The position numbers and the translations under genes were made by a program. From Psilocybe cubensis (lineage: Eukaryota), in NCBI GenBank assembly GCA_017499595.2, contig CM039004.1:3038001-3102000 (forward strand): a DNA stretch of 64,000 nucleotides, written 5' to 3'. This document shows, one piece after another, positions 51,901-61,060 of the stretch (positions are counted from its first letter, which is position 1; every line of letters begins with the position of its first letter). Below the pieces are notes generated by a model. That model saw only the letters and a list, made by a program, of their open reading frames with translations. It searched no databases and had not been told where the DNA came from.

Positions 51901-52472
51901 TTGCGATCATCGTAAGTTGCCTTAACGATGAGGGCAGCAGCTTCGTAGCAAGAGTTGAGCGCGCATTTATCATCCCAAAAAGCCAGCTCGTCCTTTTTCG
52001 CCTGAACGGCGCCGTCGTTAATTGCCTTTTGGAAGGCATCACGAGCGGAAGAGAACGTAGTGGAGACTCGAAGAGCCTCCGCTGACCCGGCATCCGCGAA
52101 TTCCTTCGTAAGTTGGAACTCGGGTGCCTTCACCTTAAGGCGATTGGGCGTGTTGCCTGCGCTAACGGCAGATTCAAGGCGCTCGAGGCTAGCCTTGACT
52201 GTTTCCCTCTTGTCGCACCACGATGCGAGGTTGAGGAGAAACTCCCTGAGGGCAGCACGATAGTCAAAAAAGACGCAGTCTATGACTTGGTCAACGGAGC
52301 GGCACTCAGCTATTTTTTTGATGACCACAGTGGCCAGCTCGTCGATAAGAGCGTTATGGCGGCCTGCTTCATCGTTGACGCCGAAGACAGTGTTGTTGAC
52401 GACGGCCTGGGTGAGTGCGTCCAGGGTAGGGGACATGGCACGAGAGAATGCAGCAGAGTATTGGGATGACAT
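48939..52472 (-). CDS. Coprina-type PLE ORF1-reverse transcriptase, 1177 aa (intron-retained form)
   Basis: TDKNLG, FHGIPKIHKKPTGFRPII, GDVVAFYPNI, QKNGLAMG, YGRYIDDCF and CQFLD motifs; helical Ala-rich N-terminal region; no endonuclease motif. Confidence 0.93.
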   Translation of the reverse strand: MSSQYSAAFSRAMSPTLDALTQAVVNNTVFGVNDEAGRHNALIDELATVVIKKIAECRSVDQVIDCVFFDYRAALREFLLNLASWCDKRETVKASLERLESAVSAGNTPNRLKVKAPEFQLTKEFADAGSAEALRVSTTFSSARDAFQKAINDGAVQAKKDELAFWDDKCALNSCYEAAALIVKATYDDRKSSYKLPVFSTDNKGVRRIAEWVVSPQKKAECSALQTILPAIFSHIKQIVNMRHRALAIKIEKKRTTAATADVEMADATKPGPSIQSLIDKGLNARLKKLNLGSVGKKASFRNPSPIILDTNYYSNYPDFVWPEFVQGSSTSGQESWPFETQVVVDAFAEEASNQGFQQGRQQEEREGESSRQEQRSKGKGKGKSLDARSTVASFTSVRPAFPNSIPDDILTMTKTDAVSFVHLNTPISFLLAGQYRSSVHCSPGVSVPVDVANDLSLGLNYMFFTLPSKNLIMQAWNDFQRRIRWRIYFLFKEGMNKPFDPDYGVSSKKKEKPPMLPQFMELGLSMGRRYVIKTIASIPEEALKEMRKHAFSPKRDKIQKFLFDNNYVITMTDKNLGLAVSERDWILRNELNLLEDERNYEELEFEVAQEVMKSKMIQMQTLARTVEDEHLFLFELGLSRFFLSNVPEDGSSFKYPQFHGIPKIHKKPTGFRPIIPCHSVVFNPAAKFVSKELKPIIKSTPSIIHGTKDLFTRLSQLRIDPKRQWYFVTGDVVAFYPNIPLDLCIEIVCNMYEEWLLNASEENTALAHINPNSLENNLVKLGIFKRAIEIGNTQLITQHGSRYFRQKNGLAMGVADSPDLANLFGAHFEIKSKILDHPNVAFYGRYIDDCFAIVYAESEALALNLIKETIKFDGCVIEWAVSSSGCQFLDAFIFKESGKLHWKPFVKTGNNRERVPWVSHHPLDVKRGVYIGELSRLAVLCSTKEIYIGAIRDLNALYLMRGYPENLVMSWCKKNIQERWEKRFALRVAEHDESILVLKTRFDQVWNWFSAAELGKTVTEYWSAWYEHAEKGLYSADSSRPLIKPDPNYVHDLDDVRPELFTQILVDGETEFVPDLRKIGLLGSRWIVSRKRNTNLFDLANVWKKTVFRKLDENIAEKGGVVPETQNVNETYHSALVEAAEQISIESDNEIILHRRSISQEREHPEFGRISKSYNR
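51314..52472 (-). CDS. Predicted spliced ORF1 (Gag-like) protein, 365 aa: exons 52472-51579 and 51517-51314
   Basis: 61-nt intron AAG|GCAAGT...CTAAT...CCAG| (51578-51518); splicing joins ...GKK to TLSGQNSSK...KGKGKARA*, a Lys-rich tail in another frame. Confidence 0.65.
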
Positions 52473-52501
52473 GGTAACTGATGGGTGATAGCAAAGTCGT
52501 T

Positions 52502-53208
52502 GGGTTTAGGGGGGGAGCGAGCACCGAGCGAAGCGAGGTGCGAGCGACTAGTTTAAACTGTGAGTTTGAAATAGAAAGAAGGCCAGAGGGCTGTTGGGGG
52601 ATCCCAACAACCAGCCCTTTCGTCTTTATAGACTCTTCAGTGGCTATTCTTAGAAGGAATGTTCTAGACATCCGATGACAGCGCGTGAAGTGATGCTGCG
52701 CAGCTGTCATGTATCTTACCGACTATCACAAATCTGTCAATGTTTATTGTCAAGTTAGACAGGTCTCTGATGAACAGAGTGTCACGGGTCGATGTGGCAC
52801 ATGGTAACCTGTCAAAAGTGGATCCAACACTTTTGTTCTTTGACATCGTGGGTTATTGACTGTGATGTGAATCACATGGATATAGATTACTCTGGTTACG
52901 TGGCTCCGAGTAACCGCGACATGGGAATATTCACATGTCTAGAGTATAAATAGCTTACCTGGGTCCTTACCTAACAATCAAACAATAGAATGATTGATTG
53001 TTGTGAATCTTAATTGGACAGTTCATGATCCGGTCCATCAAAAATGTTTCCACGGTACTAAGGAACTTTTCCCGAAGTACTAAGTAACTTTTCCCATGTA
53101 CTAAATTAGATCCGGCCCTTCACAATCACATGCCGTTCGGAAGTTCACACGCCTACCTTACTTCCTACTAAGGTTAGACTTAGTTAGCTTAGGGTTGGGG
53201 TTAGGTTA
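52502..53208 (-). repeat. Pseudo-LTR copy 2 (5' of the full-length ORF)
   Basis: ~705-bp unit bounded by GGGTTTAGGG motifs. Confidence 0.9.
52581..52646 (-). ncRNA. Type I hammerhead ribozyme
   Basis: Minus strand UAGCCA-CUGAAGA-GUCU(AUAA)AGAC-GAAA-GGGCUG...CAGCCC-UC^UGGCC: complete core with stems I, II and III and a CUC cleavage triplet (C17 = 52586). Confidence 0.88.
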
Positions 53209-53952
53209 GGGTTTAGGGGGGGAGCGAGCACCGAGCGAAGCGAGGTGCGAGCGACTAGTTTAAACTGGGAGTTAAATGGAAAGTAGCCAGAGGGCTGTTG
53301 GGGGATCCCAACAACCAGCCCTTTCGTCTTTATAGACTCTTCAGTGGCTATTCTTAGAAGGAATGTTCTAGACATCCGATGACAGCGCGTGAAGTGATGC
53401 TGCGCAGCTGTCATGTATCTTACCGACTATCACAAATCTGTCAATGTTTATTGTCAAGTTAGACAGGTCTCTGATGAACAGAGTGTCACGGGTCGATGTG
53501 GCACATGGTAACCTGTCAAAAGTGGATCCAACACTTTTGTTCTTTGACATCGTGGGTTATTGACTGTGATGTGAATCACATGGATATAGATTACTCTGGT
53601 TACGTGGCTCCGAGTAACCGCGACATGGGAATATTCACATGTCTAGAGTATAAATAACTTACCTGGGTCCTTACCTAACAATCAAACAATAGAATGATTG
53701 ATTGTTGTGAATCTTAATTGGACAGTTCATGATCCGGTCCATCAAAAATGTTTCCACGGTACTAAGGAACTTTTCCCGAAGTACTAAGTAACTTTTCCCA
53801 TGTACTAAATTAGATCCGGCCCTTCACAATCACATGCCGTTCGGAAGTTCACACGCCTACCTTACTTCCTACTAAGGTTAGACTTAGTTAGCTTAGGGTT
53901 GGGGTTAGGTTAGGGTTTAGGGTTTAGGGTTTAGGGTTTAGGTTTAGGTTTA
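53209..53952 (-). repeat. Pseudo-LTR copy 3 (3' end of the truncated copy), including its telomeric tract
   Basis: Tandem direct repeat of copy 2; differs mainly over ~30 nt next to the ribozyme. Confidence 0.9.
53284..53350 (-). ncRNA. Type I hammerhead ribozyme
   Basis: Same core with a perfect 6-bp stem I, UAGCCA/UGGCUA (C17 = 53290). Confidence 0.9.
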
Positions 53953-54065
53953 GCTATTCAATCCAATGTGTTGCTTGTAAGTAGATGTTTGTTACTTTAT
54001 AGCAAGGAATACTTACGGTTAGGGTTTTTTTCTAATGCTTTACGCCTTAAGCGCTAGTATTCTTT

Positions 54066-55389
54066 TCATCGGTTGTAAGATTTGGATATTCTGCCAAATT
54101 CTGGATGTTCCCTCTCTTGTGAGATTGAACGTCTATGAAGTATTATCTCGTTATCACTTTCGATACTTATCTGCTCAGCAGCTTCAACTAAAGCAGAATG
54201 ATAAGTTTCATTAACGTTTTGAGTTTCGGGAACAACACCACCTTTTTCAGCGATGTCTTCATCCAGTTTACGAAAGACTGTTTTCTTCCACACATTTGCA
54301 AGGTCGAAAAGATTAGTATTGCGTTTTCGCGATACTATCCAACGACTTCCGAGTAGTCCTATCTTCCTCAAATCCGGTACGAACTCAGTTTCTCCGTCCA
54401 CGAGGATCTGTGTGAACAGCTCCGGGCGAACATCATCGAGGTCGTGAACGTAATTTGGATCTGGTTTGATAAGGGGTCTGGACGAGTCTGCACTATACAA
54501 ACCTTTCTCGGCATGTTCATACCATGCCGACCAGTACTCGGTAACAGTTTTTCCAAGTTCAGCAGCTGAAAACCAATTCCATACCTGATCAAATCTGGTT
54601 TTAAGTACAAGAATGGATTCGTCGTGCTCTGCGACTCGTAAAGCGAATCGCTTTTCCCAACGTTCTTGTATATTCTTCTTACACCAAGATATGACTAGGT
54701 TTTCGGGATAACCGCGCATCAAATAGAGAGCGTTAAGGTCTCTAATTGCTCCGATGTAGATTTCCTTGGTACTACATAGCACGGCTAACCTGGATAACTC
54801 TCCAATGTAGACGCCACGTTTGACGTCCAAAGGATGATGTGATACCCATGGAACTCGTTCTCGGTTGTTTCCTGTCTTGACAAAAGGCTTCCAATGAAGT
54901 TTTCCAGACTCCTTGAATATGAAAGCATCGAGAAATTGACATCCCGACGAGGAAACAGCCCATTCGATAACACAACCATCGAACTTTATTGTTTCTTTAA
55001 TAAGATTAAGTGCAAGTGCTTCGGACTCGGCGTAAACAATTGCGAAACAATCGTCGATGTACCTTCCATAGAAGGCCACGTTTGGGTGGTCTAAGATTTT
55101 TGACTTTATTTCAAAATGGGCTCCAAAGAGGTTAGCAAGGTCCGGAGAATCCGCGACGCCCATTGCGAGGCCATTTTTTTGTCTAAAATATCTAGACCCA
55201 TGTTGTGTTATCAATTGCGTATTGCCAATCTCGATAGCACGTTTAAAGATGCCCAATTTAACCAAGTTATTCTCTAACGAATTTGGATTAATATGGGCTA
55301 ATGCAGTGTTTTCTTCCGAAGCGTTGAGTAACCATTCCTCGTACATACTACAAACGATTTCGATGCACAAGTCCAACGGAATATTGGGA
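54066..55389 (-). pseudogene. 5'-truncated second copy of the PLE RT
   Basis: Nearly identical to 48939-50262 with a few substitutions (CNMYE/CSMYE, VMSW/VISW, DENI/DEDI); breaks inside RT motif A directly at the telomeric tract. Confidence 0.92.
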
Positions 55390-55524
55390 TTAGGGTTTAG
55401 GGTTTAGGGTTTAGGGTTTAGGGTTTAGGGTTTAGGGTTTAGGGTTTAGGGTTTAGGGTTTAGGGTTTAGGGTTTAGGGTTTAGGGTTTAGGGTTTAGGG
55501 TTTAGGGTTTAGGGTTTAGGGTTT
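55390..55524 (+). repeat. Telomeric repeat tract (TTTAGGG) x ~19, interstitial in this assembly
   Basis: TTAGGG, then 18 perfect TTTAGGG units, then TTT. Confidence 0.97.
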
Positions 55525-55676
55525 GTCAGTTGTAGGATGCTATAAACAGTAGCAAAGTCATTTTGTTTTGAGGCCGATGTTGAGGTTTAGGGGTCGTCCT
55601 CAATGACAGACACAATCGGAGGGTACAAAATTGCACTGCAATTTATTCCTAGAGGTCGACAAAAAATTCGCCTGCA

Positions 55677-58213
55677 TTATTTAATAGCACGGGTTTGTAA
55701 GGCTTTTGTCGAAAGCCTTTGTATCTTCTCCACGTATGCCTCCAACCCCTTATCCCACTCCTTTAGCTCTCCCTTCTTCGTCACAGTATACAGAACGCCC
55801 TTTTGTCTCTCCCCATCATCATCGTCGTCATCTTCATCGTCATCCCCGCCCTCGATGACTTGCTTCAGGAACCATACATCGTGACTGACTACCACCAACG
55901 CCCCTTCGAATTCACAGAGAGACTCCACGAGCGACTCGACAGTGCCCATATCAAGGTGGTTTGTGATTTCATCCAGCAGCAGCACATGCGGACGATGAAA
56001 CGTCACCAGTGCTAGAGCAACGCGGTTCCGCTGGCCACCACTCAACGTGCGGATTGGACGCGTAACAGGATCACCGCTGATCCCACATGACCCGAAATGC
56101 GAGCGCGCTTCACCCTCTGTGATGACGATATCCGGGAACGACTTCGACAGGTGTTGAAGGGCTGACACTGAGAGATCGAGTTGGTCGACGGTGTGCTGCG
56201 AAAAGTAGCCAATGCGGAGTCGGTGGTGTTTCTTCACTTCACCAAGGGTGGGTTTAAGTTCCCCAGCAAGGAGGTTCATGAGGGTGGATTTGCCACAACC
56301 GTTGGGACCTAGAAGCCCTATCCTGGCTTGAGGGCCGACGTCAAGTGACACATTGTTAATGACCATAGGAGAGGATGGCTTAGGATCATAGCGAAATGAA
56401 GCCTCGGAAAGTTGAAGAAACGAGCTCCCAGGAAAATTGAATGGCTCCGGCGGAGGCAGCGTGATAGGCGCAGTCTTCACCGCCTGTTCAACGACGATTT
56501 CATCATGGAAGCCGTGATAACTTTTCTTATATCTTTTACCATCTTCCAGACGTTCCATACCCATCCTTTCAAGTTTCTGCACAGAAACGTTTATAAAAAT
56601 TGTTCAAGAACCATCATGGAAGCACTCACCTTTTTACGAGATGCGACCTGTCCGTATCGTTTATCGTCACCTGTCGATTTAGCCTGCTGGACATTTTTTT
56701 GGATGCTGTCCATTATTTGTTTTCGTCTCTTCATTTCCAGCTAGAACGAAATTTGTCAGACAAAAAATCAGTTCGCCAGTGAAAAGCATTGTACCTCTTT
56801 CAGGCGTGTTTTGCGTTTCCTTTGCTCTTCTGTGTTTCTTTCCCAATCGTCGTAGTTTCCAGGATGATAAGTCAGTTTCTTGTCCCTAAAAATTATCGTC
56901 TCGTCCGTAACAGCGTCAAGGAAGCTCCGGTCATGAGAGACGACGACAACTGTCTGACCCTCCGCATCGTTCGTCAAATATGAACGTAGCCACACAATGG
57001 CGGGGAGATCAAGATGGTTGGCTGATAGTCACCAATTAGGATAACGGCATATACAAAAAATTACTTTGAGACGCACTTGGTTCGTCGAGAAGCAATATAT
57101 CAGGCTTGATGAATAACGCCTTTCCAAGCATAACTCGCATCCGCCAACCACCGCTTAGCCCACCAATCTTCCTTCCTTCTTTGGAGAGGTCTTCATCTTT
57201 AAATCCCAGTCCGCGAAGGATTGACTTTGCTCTTGCTTCGTCCGCTTCAAGATCCAGGACTTCATATGCACCGAACACCTCTGTCATTATATCATGGACC
57301 ATTTGTGTGGTGACATATGTCTGTGGATCTTGGGCCTGAAGAGTGGCAAGGTCGTTCTCTGCGACTAACAAAGCCTGGCGTGCAGTGTGCCCGCGTTGTC
57401 CAGATCTCTTCGTGGCAATTTTTTGAGCCTTGTCGAGCGCTATTTCAGCGCGAGAGACGAGGAGCTTGTGGATAATCGTATTCAAAGCTGCATCGGAGTT
57501 CGCCTTTGTGGTAAACCCCTGAAGTGCTGGCAAGGCATCAGGACTCGATAACACCTAGAACCCGTGTTGAAAACTACCTTGTGCCTCTCGAATTATTCGC
57601 GTGCGATCAACGTCTGCCTCGAGGATCTCTTCCAAAATTGTCCGACCAGCAGTGAAATCTTCCAACTGAGCAATGTGTAGAATCCGTACATTCTGGGGCA
57701 ATCCAACAAGCACGTTGTTTCCAAGCACAGACAACAACACTGGCCGAAGGAACAACCCGAGAAGGTCAGAATCGTTCAGAAGACTGCCTATTTGAACTCA
57801 CCTGACTTGCCCACTCCGTTCTGGCCAACCATGCCATATCTCACACCCGGCTTCAACCGCAGATGGGCATCAACGAGGAGTTCTTTGTTGTTAACACTGA
57901 CGTTGACCCCCTTAATGTCGATATCGATATCGCTGGCGTCGAATGTTTCTCGATGGAAGCGGCTTTGTTGGGAATAGGCAACGATCTCTACAGCTTGGGA
58001 TGATCCATGACCGGGATCTACATTGTCAGAAGTTGTTGAACCAGTCGATTCAACTTGCTTTTTCTTCGCCTTGCTGATCTTAGATTTCGCGGGAGAGGCG
58101 GTCTGGTTAAGAAGTTAGAGATTATGTTGTTATTCTTCGTTTGTGGGAGATTCAGATGACAATACCTTGATTGGGTCGTTGATTTGCAAAGACGATAGTC
58201 TGAGTGAATCCAT
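55677..58213 (-). CDS. ABC-F family ATPase (GCN20/ARB1-like; two NBDs, no TM domains), multi-exon
   Basis: Walker A motifs GQNGVGKS and GPNGCGKS; signatures LSGGWRMR and LSGGQRNR; LLLDEP/TNHLD; VVSHDR. Confidence 0.93.
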
Positions 58214-58725
58214 CGAAAAGGGCTGATGTTGTTTAGCTGAGATGTAAAAAAAAACTGAGAGGTTCAGTCACTCTTTAAAACAAGCTGCCAAAAAGTTAGT
58301 TTCGCTGAAGTTTGTTAGAATTGACATGCCTGTGACTCACCGGACCCGACATGATTCACGCTCCAAGGCCTGCTGGAACCGATCTCTTCGCCGCCATTGT
58401 AGAGCGGTGGCGAAAGATGGATTGGGGATTGATTCTCGCTTTGATGCTCCAATGTATATGACTTGAATATTGAAGAAGGCCTAGCTAGTATCAGTTCTCC
58501 ACAAGTTGTTCGCGCCATCAGCAAAAACTGCGCGTGACTAGCAAAACTCAGGAACTTCAACGTTCAACTTCAGCTACTCGACCATCTCACCACCACTGAC
58601 ATCTAACTTTCGCTCCAATATAGGATTGATAAAGTAGTTTCGTACTTTTGTTTGAATTGTTTTGGTATCATCGTACATATGGAAGAATTAATATACAGTA
58701 CATCCTAAATAAAATAGAAAACCAT

Positions 58726-60053
58726 CTACTGCTCGCTCACGAAGATGGCAGCCATGCCCATGCCCGAACCAATGCACATGCTGGTCACGAACAGCTTTTT
58801 GCCAGTCTGCTTGGCGATGTTGAGACCAGTGGCGACCTGGCGGGCACCAGTGCATCCCAAAGGATGGCCAATGGCAATAGCTCCTCCGTTGATGTTGACC
58901 TTCTCGAAGGGAATGTTAAGATGCTGGACGCTGAAAACAGCCTGGCTGGCGAAAGCCTCGTTGATCTCGAAGAAGTCGACATCGGCGAGGGTGATGCCGG
59001 CAATCTCAAGCACGCGGGGGATAGCGTAGGCGGGACCAACACCCATGATGCGTGGGGGAACACCAACGGTGGCGGCAGTGACGAATTTGCCAACGATGGG
59101 AAGACCTAGGCGCTTGGCCACGGAACGGCGGGCAAGCAGAACAGCAGCGGCACCATCCGACACCTGGGATGCGTTTCCGGCGTGAGTCGAACCGTCTTTC
59201 GAGAAAGCGGGTTTGAGCTTGGAAAGGCTTTCAACAGTGACACCGTCTCGGATGCCATCATCCTGGTCCACGACGATTTCCGAAACCTTCTCCGTCTTGG
59301 GGTCGATGAATTTGGCAGTAATGGGAACGATTTCATCCTTGAACTTGCCAGCCTTGTTGGCAGCGGCGGCTTTCTGGAACGACTTCGCGGCGAATTCGTC
59401 CTGAACTCTGCGGGTGATGCCATAGTCCTTGGCAACGTTCTCAGAGGTGATACCCATGGGCAAAAGGCAGTCTTCGGCGTCCTTGTTCTCAAGAACTTCC
59501 TCTGAGACATCAGGGGCAGCACCAGCTCCGTACCCATTTGTCATGGACTCGACACCAGCACCTAGATGTATGTCAGAACATGGCAGGGGACCCGTGTGTA
59601 GATCTCTCACGTACCGATACCGATGTCAATCTGTCCTGCGAGAATTTGGTTGGCAATCTGGTTGATTGCGGTCAAACCAGACGAGCACTGCCTGTTCACG
59701 GTGTTAATTGAGGTCTCGACGGGGATTCCAGCGTGGAGCGCGGCCATGCGAGCAGCAGAAGCTCCACCGCCTGGTGGGAGAACATTGCCGACAGCGATAT
59801 CCTGAATGAGTTTGGGGTCGAGGTTGACCTTTGAGTAGGCAGCGCGGAGAACATGAGAAAGGATCAGTTCTGGTTTGGTGTCCTTGAATCCTCCTTTCTT
59901 GCCCTACAACTCGCAGTCAGCGCCGTTTATACTGCATTTCCCACCGAAAACGCGCACCTTAGTAATGGCTGACCGCACAGCGGAAACAATGACAATGTCG
60001 TTGTCATTCTTTTGGAGGAGAGCGGCCTTGTTGGAGGAGGTTTGGGTAGACAT
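58726..60053 (-). CDS. 3-ketoacyl-CoA thiolase (acetyl-CoA acyltransferase), 3 exons
   Basis: NRQCSSG active-site Cys, GNASQVSDGAAA, EINEAFA, GGAIAIGHPLGCTG and SMCIGSGMG. Confidence 0.96.
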
Positions 60054-61060
60054 ATCGACGTGGTTGTGGATGGAGGTGGATGAGGAGGACTGACGGGTCT
60101 TACGCGCCTTTATAAGTTCGGGAATCTCAATACCCGGCCTTATCACATGTCCACTTGCTGACTGTTCGACCATTTTCTGAAGCTCCGTCAGGCAGATTCG
60201 GTTATGTGGTCTACCGTCATTTTGACCATCCCACATGAAATCGTGCATTACTGCAAGCCTGAGCTCTTAGGTACCCAGCTCCTGAGAAATTTCGGTGGTG
60301 GTTTGACCTGGTGTTGCCTGTACCATGAACGCTCCTGATGAAACTAAAGTGGACCAACAATTTCACATGCTCAATGCGTAACGTTAACCCTAACCAGAGA
60401 TTTTTGCACTGCCGCAAATAATTGCTCAACCACGTTAGACGGATGAATAGGAGTTCCCCACATTTTCCCCAGTCTGGGGAATGAATTGGACAACTGATAA
60501 GCTATTATTTCCACCTCATTTTTAAATTATTTGACGGCCGAACAATACTAGCGTTAGGTTTAATAAGGTGGATGTATAAACAATCTTTGAACCTTAACAA
60601 TTATTGCTCAAAAGTAAAAGAGAAATGAGTATAAGTAAATTTAGAGTCGAATACATCAACGATAGACGTAGAGTTTAACGGTGAATTGTTAAAAAGGACA
60701 TTCACTAGTCTTTGAGGGATTTTTTTGACAACCTTCGACGGGTATGTTTTAATTTCTGAGAGTTCCAAGAATAGGCGCTCGGCCTTGGCATCCATTCCCC
60801 ATTCCGGTAAAGCATTCTTCGTCAAAAAATTCCGGGTCGTCAGTATGTATTGCCTTCCTGAATCCTCGCTAATTAGTGCAACCCATCTCCGATGGCAATG
60901 GCCCGACATTGTCATGTTTCGAGTAAAGCATTGAATTTGTCTTCAGTAAAGATAAGGTGAGGAATGCACATATCTAGACTTCTGCACCTTTAACATATTA
61001 AATTTAACGTTAATAATCCCACTGGTTTTTAAATCCTATATCAGATTCATAGATGTCGTT

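Larger units (their letters stand above)
48172..55389 (-). mobile_element. Tandem array of an endonuclease-deficient Penelope-like retroelement (Coprina-type): one full-length and one 5'-truncated copy, three pseudo-LTRs
   Basis: PLE-type RT with no GIY-YIG domain, ~0.7 kb direct repeats with hammerheads, internal telomeric tracts and a telomere cap at the 5' truncation. Confidence 0.92.

Noticed and set aside
52757-52815. CTGATGA on the + strand of the pLTR as a second, antisense hammerhead
   Set aside because: No GAAA after a stem II and no stem III/NUH site; it sits in a simple CTCTG/CAGAG hairpin.
48247-53550. Repeated short ORFs MSKNKSVG... and MTAAQHHF... in the pLTRs
   Set aside because: They recur only because the repeat recurs; they overlap the ribozyme and hairpins and show no protein motifs.
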